NCBI RefSeq assembly: GCF_036365525.1
Contig: NC_090399.1
Span: 50,004,430-50,068,429 of the forward strand
DNA from: Heterodontus francisci
Taxonomy: Eukaryota
DNA: 64,000 nt
Direction: 5' to 3'
Shown here: positions 42,601 through 54,104 of the stretch, one piece after another
Layout of the letters: each line of letters starts with the position of its first letter
Numbering within the stretch: position 1 is the stretch's first letter
Notes under the pieces: model-generated
What the model was told of the DNA's origin: nothing
Database searches by the model: none
What the model saw: the letters and a program-made list of their open reading frames with translations, nothing else
Program-made: the position numbers and the translations under genes

Positions 42601-45600
42601 CCCAATCCCCTTGCAATAAGGAGCTTTGTATGGCTCCCAACTCGACTGTTACCCAGGATCGTCCCAGCTGATAAGCAGGATTGTGGACACGGGAGGGGGA
42701 GAGCATGATGAAGCTGGTCTGTCAGGCTCCCTGACAACAGAACAATTGGCTCAGCAGCCTCTGCAGACCATTGGTGGTGGCTGGGCAGAGGAGGACTTTG
42801 AACACGAGGCCTGTGGTTATCTGTGGAAGTGCGCCTGGGGACCAGCCAGCATCCAGACATCAGGCGGGTCCGCTCTCTGAATAGAAGGAGCTAAAACTAG
42901 AGGGGGGTCAGAAATTGGTCTGGACCCCATCCTCAAGCAAACAGACTCAGGCTTCTCAACCCCCTGACTGAGAGACCAGGGAATGGCCTCGGGCCAAATG
43001 TATATCAGAGTAACTGATACCAGACGTGCCTTTATGGGCAGCTTGTGTATCAGAGCGGCCTGAATGTGAAGCCTGTGGCCTAGGCCCGAGGGTTTAACCT
43101 TAGACCTGAAGCACAGAGTCCACATGTGTGGCTCAAGGGAATGGAAAGCTGTGATGTTTCTGAAAGACATTTCAGCAACTGCGACTCTTTGAGTGCTTTT
43201 CACTGTCTCAGGCCATCTGAAAGCCTTTGCAGGAAATGAAATATTTTATTGAAGTGTCTTTGCTGTTGTCATGTAGGAACAGTAGTAGCCAAGCTCCCAC
43301 AACCAGCAATGGAATAAATGAACATATTATCACAGAATCACAGAATTCATCGAAACACAGAATCATTACAGCACAGAGGAGGCCATTCTACCTGTTGTGT
43401 CTGTGCTGGTTCTCTGAAAGAGCAATTCAGCTAGTGCCACTCCCCAGCCTTCTCCCCTTAGCTCTGCACATTCTTCCATTTCAGATAACACTCCAATTCC
43501 CTTTTGCAGGCCTCAATTGAACCTGCCTCCATCACATTCCCTGGCAGTGCATTCCAGATCTTAACCACTCGCTGCATGAAAATGTTTTTCCTCATGTCGC
43601 TTTTGCTTCTTTTGCCAATTACCTTAAATCTGTGCCCTCTCATTCTCGATCCTTTCATGAGTGGGAACAGTTTCTCTCTATCTACTCTGTTCAGACCCCT
43701 CATGATCTATCAAGTCACCTCTCAGCCTTCTCTCCTCCAAGGAAAACAGAGCCAGCTTCTCCAATCTACCTTCATAACTGAAATTCCTCATCCCTGGAAC
43801 CATTCTCGTGAATCCTTTCTGCACTCTCTTCAATGCTTTCATGTCTTCCCTAAAGTGCAGGGCCCCAACTGGGTGCAATACTCCATCTGTGGCTGGAATA
43901 GTTTCTTACACAAGTTCAACATAACTTCCTTGCTCTTGTACTCTATGCCCCTATTATTAAAGCCCAGGATACTGTATGCTTTATTAACCGCTCTCTCAAT
44001 CTGTCCTGCCACCTTCAATGACTTATGCACATATACACCCAAGTCATTCTGCTCCTGCATCCCTTTTAGAATTGTACCCTTTATTCTATATTGTCTCTCC
44101 ACGTTCTTCCTGTCAAAATGAATCACTTCACAGTTCTCTGCATCGAACCTCATCTGCCATCTGTCTGCATTCCACCAACTTATCTATGTCCTTTTGAAGT
44201 TCGACACTATCCTCCTCACAGTTCACAATGCTTCCAAGTTTTGTATCATCTACAAACTTTGAAATTGTGCCCTGTACAACAAGGTCTAGGTCATTAATAT
44301 ATATCAGGAAAAGCAAGGGTCCCAACACTCATCTCCGGGAACTCCACTATGAAACTTCCTCCAGCCTGAAAAACATCCATTTACCACTATTCTTTGTTTC
44401 CTGTCACAGAGCCAATTCCGTATCCATGTTAATAAAAGCAAAATACTGCGGATGCTGGAAATCTGAAATAAAAACAAGAAATGCTGGAACCACTCAGCAG
44501 GTCTGGCAGCATCTGTGGAAAGAGAAGCAGAGTTAACGTTTCGGGTCAGTGACCCTTCTTTGGAACTAGCAAATTTTAGAAATGTCAAAGGTTACAAGCA
44601 AGTGAGGCGGGGGTGGGGCAAGAGATAACAAAGGAGAAGGTGTAGATCGGACAAGGCCACATAGCTGACCAAAAGGTCATGGAGCAAAGGTAAACAATAT
44701 GTTAATGATGTGTTAAAAGACACACAATTTGTACAGATAGGGTGTTAACGGACTGAAGATTGAAAAGCAGCCAGTACAAAAATTTCAGAGCATGACGGGC
44801 CCCCCATTTTACTTTGATTTTTAGTTATTTTTCCTTTTTCCTTTTATACATTTTTTACAATTTTTTTTGTATGTTTATTTCATTTCATCTTAGTTTGTTC
44901 AGTTTGCTTACCCACTGCTTTGTTACATGTTTGCAGCAGCCTGGTGAGCAACCTTGCTCAATGCCAATGTGTTTGAGCAAGCCAGGAAGCTGTACAATGA
45001 TTTGATAAGTTCCCACCCAGGAAACATATTCATGTGTATCAGACTTCCACAGGATAGGAACAGCTTAAAGTTGACCCAAGGGCTGAGACACCACAAAATG
45101 CTCAGCTAGTCCAGAGGGTTCCAGTCCTCTCACTTCCCCACATGTGGTTACATTGGTCACCAGTGTGGGACAGACATGTGATCATTGCTGAAGGAGGGAA
45201 CTGAGCCAAGGACATCAGCTTCCTGTTACATCTTGCAGTAATGGTGAAGGCAGATTGTGTAAGCCTGAGGAATGGGAAGGAAGGACAGGTGTTCACTGCA
45301 GCATTCGATGCGTCAGCTTCCCTTTGAGTTATATTCAGAGTCTCTCCCAGTCCCAGCTCGACAAGTTCAGCTACACTGAGTGGCGATTGTGGCCTGTCAG
45401 TCACAGCCGGAGTCTCTTCAAATCCCCACACTCAACTCACTGTACCTCCTCCCATGCTCCTCACTCCTTCACCCCTCACTCTTGTACACCTCAGTTCTCC
45501 ATCCCTCACTCCTCTGCCCCTCCCCCTTCCCCTTAACTGCTCGACCTGGGCACTGGGCATAACAAAGGAAAACCCAGCCGTGTAGACCCTGCAGAATTCT

Positions 45601-48600
45601 CCTCGCTAACATCTGGGGACTTGGGCTGAAATTGGGAGAGCTGTCCCACAGACTAGTCAAGCAGCAGCCTGACATAGTCGCACTCATGGAATCATACCTT
45701 ACAACGTCCCAGACACCACCAGCACCATCCCCATCCCACCGGCAGGAACAGGTCCACCAGAGGTGGTATACAGTCACGAGGGAGTGGTCCTGGGACTCTT
45801 CAACATTGACTCTGGACCCCATGAAGTCTCATGGCATCAGGTCAACCATGGGCAAGGAAACCTCCTGCTGATTACTACCTACCGCCCTGCCTCAGCTGAT
45901 GAGTCAGTACTGCTCCATGTTGAACACCACTGGGAGGAAGCACTGAGGATGGCAAGGGCACAGAATGTACTCTGGGTGGGAGACTTCAATGTCCATCACC
46001 AAGAGTGGCTCGATAACACCACTACTGACTGAGCTGGCCATGTTCTGAAGGACATAGCTGCCAAGCTGGGCCTGTGGCAGGTGGTGAGGGTTCTGTTATG
46101 CTCATGTGAAGTGCAGGGATTGGAAACACAAGAACTCAAACTGAAGAGTTATAAAAATGTGACTTTTCTTTTAAATATGCTGGAAAAATGGCTGCCAAAG
46201 GTCAAACCTGTATATTCCAACTGTCTTACGAATTGGTTAAAAAGTAAAGGATACATTCCAAGGCAAGGGGTGTCAATTACACCCATCTTGAACCCATCAA
46301 TGGACATTATTTAATTGAATGGGTTCTTCTGAAACAAGGAAGGTGTGAAGTAGCCACACCCTGGGACATTGTCAGTCATCACAGGGAGGAATATCTATGT
46401 CTCCCAACAAAGGCAAGATGTGAGACCATTTTTGACCTTAAAAGTAGCCCTCTGAAGAGAGAGAGAAAAAGAATCAGGACAAACATCACCAAAACCTGTC
46501 CAGCTGACAACTGGGAGAGGATCCAGAAAGATAGTGCCCTGCAGTGAGTTCTACACTTCAACTTGTGCAGAGAACTGGAAGTGATCCCCTGTCTCCAGAC
46601 TGAAATTTCAACCAACAGAAAAACCTACAATCAACCCAGGCCTGCAACTTCAAAGAAGAAATTGACTTTTGCGAAGATTCAACAGGTAACCATTAACCCC
46701 GAAACCCTACCTCACTTCAACTCCATTTCGTTTTTCCCTCTCTATCTCTTGCGTATGTGCGTGTGAGTGAATGCGTGGGTGCGGTTGTGACCATTTCAGG
46801 AGTGAATATTGCTCAATAAATAGTTAATCATCTGTTTTAAACCTACAAGAAAATCTGTCGCTGTCTGTTTGTTTGAAAAGTAAATCACAGAGCGGTTAAA
46901 ACCCTAATAAAAAAAAACACTGCTGCAGTCAGTTGGGAGTTAAACAGTGGGACCCAACTACACCATTCACCCCGTGGCCATAACAAATTGGGGGGTCGAA
47001 GTCGTGATCTGAACCATCAAATAAGTGAGGGATTTGAAAACAGGAGGGAAATTGACCTCTAAAATTGTGGAAAAATAAGAAAACGGGTTTTCTTGTATTC
47101 TTCTGTTTTTCTCTACAGTGCTAGAAACAAAAGAGATGGCTGCATTTAATGCTAAGGCATTTGCACAGCAGGGAGACATATCCCATATGTTAAATAAATT
47201 AACTATTGAATATTTAGAAAGCTTAGCTACAGAGGTGGGAATCACTTTCAAACTAAAATCAAAGAAACCTGAACTGGTGAAGAGTCTGGTTAACTGTTTT
47301 AAACTCACCCCTAAACTAGAAGAAGAAAACATGGAATCTGAGTCTGAAAAGGTAGCTCTAGCTAGAATTTGGTTGCAGATGGAAAGGGAAGAAGTACAGC
47401 TACAGTTGAAAGAGAAGAGATGCAGCTTCAAAAGGAGAGAGAAGAAAGAGAATTTCAGCTTTAAAGGGAAAGAGAAGAAAGGGAATTTCAGTTGAAAATA
47501 GAGGAAATACAATTGCAGAGGAGAAGAGAGAAAGCAATGAGAAAGGTTACAGAGATGTGTCCCATAGCAGAACAAACTCCACGGTTATGCTAAAAGGGCT
47601 TACTGGAAAATACTTGAAGGTTCCCTTAGTTAAAGATTACCCACAGAGTAAGTTGGTCACCAGGGTAGTGACAGTCAGGGTCATTCCAAGCTTAACCATG
47701 CGGGGTGGGGGGGGGGGGGGGCAACCTATTGCTGGGCAATGACTTGGTAGGAAGCACAGTATTGTGCCAGAGGATCCAGAGTAGTCCACAGAGACTGGAG
47801 AAATTGAGGGGAACAAACAAACTCTGCACAGCTGCAGAGGCCGACGAAGTCCCAAAAATCCCACAGGGGGTGGTGTTAGAGCTAGTAAAGATTAAAGAGG
47901 CTAAAGAAAAGCCAGTAGAATTTAAAGAGGTGAAAATAACGCCAACGAAATTTAAAGGAGCTGAGATAAAAGCAGCAAACCTTGAAGAAAAAGCACCAGA
48001 GGCATAGTTAGCCGAAACCTCCTTTAAAAAATTAAATAGATTCAGGGAAAGTTCCAAATAGGAAATCCATGAGTGAGGGAAATGCCTCAGCTAGCTGATG
48101 AGCCACAGGGGACTGCAGTGGAAGCTGGACACCACCTGTGAGCAGTATTATCCCAGAGGACATGGGGCAGATTAAGGAATAACCTATCCCCAAAGTAAAA
48201 GCAAAAGGGGAGGAAAATACCCTAAGGAAGGCAACACTTGTGTTCTGATGCCAGACCTGCTGAGTATTTCCAGCACTTTCTGTTTTTATTTGAGATTCCA
48301 GCATCCGCAGTATTTTGCTTTTATTTTAGTGCAGGAGGACATGCCAGGAGCAGCGCCAGGCATATCTTAAAATGAGGTGTCAACCTGGTGAAACCACAAC
48401 ACAGGACAACATGCATGCTAGACAACGGAAGCAGCATGCTAAGCAATCCCACAGCCAATGGATCAGATCAAAGTTCTGCAGTCCTGCCACATCCAGTCAT
48501 GAATGGTGGTGTACACTAACTGGAGGAGGAGGCTCCACAAACATCCCCATTCCAAATGATGGAGGAGCCCAGCATATCAGTGCAAAAGACTAGGCTGAAG

Positions 48601-50741
48601 CATTTGCAACAATCTTCAGCCAGAAGAACCGAGTGGATGATCCATCTCGGCCTACTCCTGAAGTCCCCCAGCAGCACAGATGCCAAACTTCAGCCAGTTC
48701 AATACACTCCACCTGATAACAGGAAATGCTGAATGCACTGGATACTGCAAAGGCTATGGGCCCTGACAATATTCCAGCAATAGTACTGAGACCTGTGCCC
48801 CAGAATGGGCTGCGCCCCTAGCCAAGCTGTTCCAGTTCAGCTACAACACTGGCATCTACCCAGCAATCTGGAAAATGGCCCAGGTCTGTCCTGGCATCTT
48901 GATCATCAATAAAGTGATGGAAGGTGGTGTCGACAGTGCCATCAAGTGGCACTTACAGAGCAATAACTTACTCACTGATGTTCAGTTTGGGTTTCACCAT
49001 GGCCACTCCTGATTTCATTAAAGCCTTGGTCCAAACATTAACAAAAGAGCTGAACTCAAGAGGTGAGGTGAGAGTGACTCCCCTTGACATCAAGTCAGCA
49101 TTTGACCGAGTATGACATCAAGGAGCCCTAGCAAAACTGACGTCAATGGGAATCAGGGGGAAAATTCTCCACTGGTTGGAGTCATACCTAGCACAAAGGA
49201 AGATGGTTGTGGTTGTTAGAGGTCAATCATCTCAGCCCCAGGACATCACTGCAGGGGTTCCTCATGGTAGTGTCCAAGGCCCAACCATCTTCAGCTGCTT
49301 CATCAATGACCTTCCTTCAGTCAGAAGGTCAGAAGTGGGGATGTTCGCTGATGATTGCACAATGTTCAGCACCATTCATGACTCCTCAGATACTGAAGCA
49401 GTCCGTGTCGAAATGCAGCAAGACCTGGACAATATCCAGGCTTGGGTTGATAAGTGGAAAGTACCATTCGTGCCTGGCACTTGTGCGGCACATGACCATG
49501 GCATCTCCAACAAGAGATGATCTAGCCATCTCCCCTCAACATTCAGTGGTATTACCATCGCTGAATCCCCCACTATCAGCATCCTAGGGGCTACCATTGA
49601 CCAGAGAGTGAACTGGAGTAACCATATAAATACCATGGCTACAACAGCAGGTCAGAGGCTAGGAATCCTGAGGCGGGTAACTCACCTATTGACTCCCCAA
49701 AGCCTGTCCACCATCTGCAAGGCACAAGTCAGGAGTGTGATGGAATACTCTCCACTTGCCTGGATGGGTGCAGCTCCAACAACACTCAAGAAGCTTGGCA
49801 CCATCCAGCACAAAACAGCCCACTTGATTGGCACCCCATCTACAACATTCACTCCCTCCACCACTGACGCACAGTGGCAGCAGTGTGTACCATCTACAAG
49901 ATGTACTGCAGCAACTCACCAAGGCTCCTTCGACAACACCTTCCAAACCCGCCACCTCTACCACCTCGAAGGACAAGGGCATCAGATGCATGGGAACACC
50001 ACCACCTTCAATTTCCCCTCCAAGCCACACACCGTCCTGACTTGGAACTATGTCACCGTTCCTTCTCTGGTTAAAATCCAGGACCTCCCTTCCTAACAGC
50101 ACTGTGGGTGTACCTACCCCACATGGAATGCAGCGGTTCAAGAAGGCAGCTCACCACCACCTTCTCGAGGGTAATTAGGGATGGGTAATAAATGTTGGCC
50201 TTGCCAGTGATGCCCACATCATATGAAAGAATAAAAAAAGTACTGACCCTCTGACTGTGCAACACTCCCTTGGTACTGACCCTTTGACGTGCAGCACTCC
50301 ATCTGTACTGACCCTCTGACCATGCAGCACTCCCTCAGTACTGACCCTCTGACAGTGCAGCACTCCTTCAGTACTGACCCTCTGACAGTGCAGTATTCCT
50401 TCGGTACTGGATTCACTGCTGGAGTTGGCTTGAATTCTCAGCCTTCTGACTCATGGACAAGAATGCTCGGCTCTGAGCCAGGTCTGGCCAGGATCCAAGA
50501 GCTTGCTGCTGCCTGTATTGTAAGGTGATAGTGTGTGGAGTAAATCTCCAGCTTGCCACCCAGCCCACACTGCCCCAGGCTATTTGACTGGCACCATAGG
50601 TCAGTGCCCCTTCTCCATATCATCTGATTGTCATTCACTCCCCCAGAAATCCCTTACCTTACCTGCACAGACTGCCAGAGCAGAGCAGAGAGACAGCACG
50701 ATGAAGTGAAAGCCTGCAGTGTGTCTGTTCCGACCAGCCAT
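21568..50741 (-). CDS. Nonclassical MHC class I-like heavy chain gene, spliced model join(50741-50663, 41895-41647, 39136-38864, 24024-23749, 21653-21568), ~320 aa
   Basis: Five exons in canonical class I order (leader, a1, a2, a3 C1-set Ig, TM-like). All junctions are phase 1 and join in frame (G|GC=Gly, G|CT=Ala, G|TT=Val, G|AA=Glu); lengths 79+249+273+276+86=963 nt. Motifs: GSHTL, LPE, YYDS, PRQxW, YW; LQxxxxC...C..L..L..G; FYP, W, LPNxDxTY, YSCQVQH. Confidence 0.88.
22590..23330 (-). mobile_element. CR1 LINE RT/3' fragments, with a (TA)n microsatellite at ~23190-23212
   Basis: ORF remnants LARPQLEY..QFWAP and PLLFSVFIND..IKFTD. Confidence 0.75.
23749..24024 (-). CDS. Class I-like exon 4, alpha3 C1-set Ig domain (VAPQVLL...LLCLITAFYPRAINATW...VLPNHDATY...YSCQVQHSSL)
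   Basis: Acceptor ttcttccccag|TT, donor CAG|GTAAGT, 276 nt; full MHC C1-set signature (CxxxxFYP, W, LPNxDxTY, YxCxVxH). Confidence 0.95.
24090..38833 (+). repeat. 24-bp minisatellite (CCAGATCACACTCAGTATCCGGAT), ~14.7 kb, ~600 units, filling the alpha2-alpha3 intron
   Basis: Direct reading; 8-aa periodic ORFs (DLDPDTEC, SRSHSVSG). The variant CCCAGTCACACTCTGCACCTGGAT dominates from ~36100 on. Identical sub-blocks at 31780, 34006 and 34960. Confidence 0.98.
38864..39136 (-). CDS. Class I-like exon 3, alpha2 domain (AVTYLQGLWSC...LREGCIQNLQKTLAAGKAALERK)
   Basis: Acceptor catttccag|CT; 273 nt; canonical C101/C164-equivalent cysteines, LQ (Q96), C-terminal L..G..LER pattern. Ends at a GC donor AAG|GCAAGT. 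Confidence 0.85.
39290..41460 (+). mobile_element. L2-clade LINE remnant (RT to 3' end), interrupted by a CR1 3' fragment at ~39415-39945
   Basis: LDPIPTELL, STEMAL, LLDLSATFDTVDHTILL, SILGPLLF and TDDTQLY motifs; nested CR1 tail RLEKLGL..RRLSGDL..TRGH. Confidence 0.85.
41647..41895 (-). CDS. Class I-like exon 2, alpha1 domain (GSHTLMSRYIYSTPLLGLPELSVVRMLDDLQTQYYDSNLKKSVPRQLWMVDNFTDDYWVQQTKTANALQQLLSSKVAPFLGLL)
   Basis: Acceptor tttccctcag|GC; GSH start, GLPE, LDD, YYDS, PRQxW and YW are class I alpha1 motifs. The 3' end is uncertain: best donor TTG|GTGCGT at 41647, with in-frame alternatives at 41677 and 41614. Confidence 0.88.
41995..42620 (-). mobile_element. CR1 LINE 3' fragment
   Basis: LVRPHLEP..FWSP.LRK; CR1 tail CATAGAACATAGGAAATAGGAGCAGGAG read on the plus strand. 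Confidence 0.75.
43335..44430 (-). mobile_element. CR1 LINE RT-3' segment
   Basis: LGPLLFLIYINDL, KFVDDTKL, DLGVYVH, RRLRGDLI, RGHRFK motifs. Confidence 0.88.
44431..44930. mobile_element. Penelope-like element terminal fragment
   Basis: AAAATACTGCGGATGCTGGAAATCTGAAATAAAAAC...GAGTTAACGTTTCGGGTC; related copies at 48245-48330 (inverted) and 54105-54295. Confidence 0.6.
44933..45468. repeat. Near-identical duplicate of the class I-like proximal upstream region (50832-51366)
   Basis: Direct comparison at offset ~5899; only scattered substitutions. Confidence 0.92.
45545..50238 (+). mobile_element. CR1-group LINE (APE fragment 45545-46090; RT and 3' end 48330-50238), split by an LTR element
   Basis: WVGDFNVHH; LDIKSAFDRV, GVPHGSVQGP, FINDL, FADDCT; 3' end GAATAAAAAAA. 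Confidence 0.85.
46094..48240 (+). mobile_element. Gypsy-like LTR retrotransposon remnant: LTR 46094-46985, tRNA-Pro-like PBS ~46989, decayed gag/protease
   Basis: LTR termini TGTTATG...CATAACA (7-bp inverted), internal AATAAA, PBS TGGGGG; coiled-coil gag ORF 47118-47495 and LLLGNDL motif. Confidence 0.75.
50240..50480 (-). mobile_element. Deu-SINE 5' part with ~5 tandem copies of the 33-bp unit
   Basis: AGTACTGACCCTCTGACAGTGCAGCACTCCCTC repeats next to an inverted tRNA-like head. Confidence 0.7.
50663..50741 (-). CDS. Class I-like exon 1, signal peptide MAGRNRHTAGFHFIVLSLCSALAVCA
   Basis: ATG in strong Kozak context (AGGATGG), basic n-region, hydrophobic core, small residues before the cleavage site, donor G|GTAAG in phase 1. 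Splices to give mature N-terminus GSHTL. Confidence 0.8.
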
Positions 50742-50744
50742 CCT

Positions 50745-50960
50745 GAGGATTGGGAGCAGGAGCAGCAGCAACAGCTCGGACAAGCCTGGAGCTGAGTGAC
50801 TCCTGTTTACTGAGCGAGTCTGCACTCGTGGGCAGCAGCCTGGTGAGCAACCTTGCTCAGTGCCAATGTGTTTGAGCAAGCCAGGAAGCTGTACGATGAT
50901 TTGATAAGTTCCCACCCAGGAAACATATTCATGTGTATCAGACTTCCACAGGATAGGAAC
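50745..50960 (-). promoter_or_regulatory. Candidate proximal promoter/5' UTR of the class I-like gene; Y-box-like ATTGG at ~50863-50867
   Basis: Position upstream of the ATG; CCAAT on the plus strand ~120 bp upstream; TGAGCAAccTTGCTCA inverted repeat at ~50844-50859. Confidence 0.35.
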
Positions 50961-51359
50961 AGCTTAAAGTTGACCCAAGGGCTGAGACACCACAAACTGC
51001 TCAGCTAGTCCAGAGGGTTCCAGTCCTCTCACTTCCCCACATGTGGTTAGATTGGTCACCAGTGTGGGACAGACATGTGATCATTGCTGAAGGAGGGAAC
51101 TGAGCCAAGGATATCAGCTTCCTGTTACATCTTGCAGTAATGGTGAAGGCAGATTGTGTAAGCCTGAGGAATGGGAAGGAAGGACAGGTGTTCACTGCAG
51201 CATTCGATGCATCAGCTTCTCATTGACTTATTCAGAGTCTCTCCCAGTACCAGCTCGACAAGTTCAGCTACACTGAGTGGCGATTGTGGCCCGTCAATCA
51301 CAGCCGGAGTCTCTTCAAATCCCCACACTCAACTCATTGTACCTCCTCCCATGCTCCTC

Positions 51360-52645
51360 ACTCCTAATCCCCCACCCTCACTCCTGCACTTCTTCACCCC
51401 TCACTCCTCCACCCCCCATTCCTGCACCCTCATTCCTTCACCACTCCAACTCTCAATCATCCACCCCTCACCCTTCAATCCCTCACTGCTCCAACCCCCT
51501 CACTCTTTCACTGCTCACTCCTCCACCCCTCACTCTCCCACCCTCCACCCCTCACTCCTCCACTTCCTTACCCCTCACTCCTCCACCCCTCACCTCTCAA
51601 TCCCTCACTCCTCCACTCCTTGCGCCCTCCAAACCTAGCTCCCTCCATCCCTCAGTCCTCCATCCCTCACTCCTCCCCACTTCTTCACCCCTCTCTCCCT
51701 CACCCCCTCTACACCTCATTTCTCTCCCAATCATTTCTCCACTCCTCAGCCCTCACTCCTGTACTGTTCACTTCTCTATCTCTCAGCCCTGTAACCCTCA
51801 CTGTTCTACCTCGAACTGTGGTACCCTCACTTATGTACACATCACTCATTTGCTCCTCATTCTTCTACTCTCACTCTTGGACCTCACTCAGGAATGCCTC
51901 ACTCCTGTACTGCTTGATAGTCCACCCTCACTCCTGCATCCATAATTCCTGTATCCCATCACTCCTCTAACCATCGCTTTTATTGTTTTCAACTCTGTAT
52001 CCCTCACTCCTCTACCTCTCAATCTGCACCCCTCACTTTTGTATTCACCACTCCAGTATCTTCAATATTTTACCCCTCACTCCTGTACCCCTCACTCAGG
52101 AACCTGTGATTCCTGTATCTCTCACTCCTTTACCCCTAAACATGGACCCTTACTCCTGTACACCACACACCTCTCCTAACTCAGGAACCCCTCACCCCTG
52201 TATCCTCATTCCTGTACCCACAGTCATATATCTATCACACTTGTACCCCTCCTCCCTACTCAGGAACTCCTCACTCTTGTACACCTCGCTCCCCCACCAT
52301 GTAGTCTCCTGTCCTTTGACTGTCACTCCTGTACTCATCATTCCTTTGCCCTCATACCCGCACTCCTCACTCCCTTACCCTTCACTCCTGGATCCCTCTC
52401 TCCTGTACTCTTCACTCCTGCCCCCCTCAGTTCTTTATCCTGTACCCCTCACTCTTGGATCCTTCAGTCCTGTACTCTTTACTCCTGTGCCCTCACTCTT
52501 TCATGCTGTACCCCTCACTCCTGGATCCTTCACCTCTAGATACCTCACTCTTGAACCCTGACTCCCTTGCCCCTCATTCCTGGACCAATTGCTCCCTTGC
52601 CCCCCGACTCCTTTACCCCTCAATTCTGTACCCCTCACTTCCAAA
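51360..52645 (+). repeat. Degenerate C-rich simple repeat (CCCTCACTCCTGTA-like)
   Basis: Direct reading. Confidence 0.8.
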
Positions 52646-52684
52646 AGATGTGGGAGGAGGGGACCTTGCTGATTTAGGTCAGGC

Positions 52685-53125
52685 GGCGGGTGGGGACTGG
52701 GAAGGGGATAGGAGGGGAGGAGTGTGCAGTGCAGAGGGGGCAGTGGGGTGCAAGGGGACTGGGAAGGGGAAGGGGAGGAGTGTGCAGTGGGGAGGGGGCA
52801 ATGGGGGCTGGGGGCAGAGTGTGCAGTGGGGAGGGGTCAGTGGCAGATGCAGGAAAGGGATATGAGCTGGGCTAACAGGACAGAAGGAGCAGTTGTGTGG
52901 GTAGGGCCTGGGAAGGGGATAGGAGGGGAGGAGTGTGCAGTGGGGAAGGTCGGTGGTGGATGGGGGTGCAGGGGATGAGGAGGGCTGGCAGGGGGGAGGG
53001 GCCAGCGGGGTGTGTGGGACTGGGAAGGGGATAGGATGGAATGTGCATCCTATGGAGTGGGGAGGGAGCAGTGACGGATGGGGGGAGGGATTATGTGGAG
53101 GGTTGACAGGGCTGACGGGGGCAGT
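52685..53125 (+). repeat. G-rich degenerate repeat (GGGACTGGGAAGGGGATAGGAGGGGGAGGAGTGTGCAGTGGG)
   Basis: Direct reading; dense G-runs. Confidence 0.7.
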
Positions 53126-54104
53126 AAATGATAAAGTCATGAGACTAAGTTAGGACAGCCTTCCAGAGGATGGATTGAAGAGATCGGAATTTCAATGTGA
53201 GGTCACCTGAGGAAGATCAGAGCATTTTCCCGGAGGGGCAGACAGGTATTTCGGAGTCCATGGACTGAAAGCACGGAAAGTTAGGCCACTCTGGAGTCAC
53301 AGCAGGGAACACTAGTTACAGCAAACAACAGTGCAAAGTGGGAACTCTCTCCTCCAAAAGACTGTTGAGGCTGGGAGTCAATTGAAAAATTCCCGACTGA
53401 GGTTGGGAGATTTGTGATCAGTAAGGGTTATGGAATGAAGATGGAGTGAAGATACAGATCAGCCATGATCTAATTGATGGGCTGAGTGGCCTTCTTCAGT
53501 CCTTGTATTCTTTGTTTTAGTGGAAAGTGACTGGCGATTGTAGAAATCACACATCCCACACCCTGGCTGGCAATTTCCTCGGTGTGTGAATGAAATTCAG
53601 ATTAGAGGGGTTATTGGACAGACTGCTCATCATAGGTCCCACCCTGAGGTCAGGAATCAAACACGAGGCGGGCGATCGAGCCCATCAATTTGCTGTCATC
53701 GGAATGGAAGTTGCGATACTGATGAATCGTTTCTCTCGCTCCCTGTCCAGGAAGAGACAGCGCTCCCTCACTTCCACAGGGATAACACGGGATGTGTGTG
53801 ATGGAGCACGGGATGAGCCCAGGATCTGGTGTCAGAGACTCTCACAAGCCCAGCACATCTGCAAATGCCTTTGCTTTATTTCACAAACAGAGAGGGGAAG
53901 CAGTAAGAGAGGGAGGAAATCTCAATTACAAAAAGGAAGTGCACACGATTGGAATAGAACAGATAAACAATTGCTGAGATTCCCAAGAATGTAAGCATTC
54001 CCAAGAATGTAAGCATTCTCCATCCGCGCATTAACCCCGCCCCACCCACCACTTCTCACAGCTTTAACCCCTTCCCCCACCCTGAGTATTAACATATCAT
54101 TCTA

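Noticed and set aside
42620-43300. Short ORFs in intron 1, possibly a retroelement remnant
   Set aside because: No recognisable motif or splice-consistent exon.
21568-50741. Classical MHC class I (UAA) or class II assignment
   Set aside because: The peptide-anchoring residues are almost all lost, and three ectodomain exons (a1, a2, a3) exclude class II or W-category two-domain chains. No gene symbol is assigned.
50742-50915. N-terminal extension of the leader (ELLLLLLLPIL)
   Set aside because: No upstream in-frame ATG; the Leu run comes from a CTG-type microrepeat, and the ATG at 50741 has a strong Kozak context.
51171-53153. Pro/Leu/His-rich and Gly-rich ORFs
   Set aside because: Low-complexity C-rich and G-rich simple repeats.
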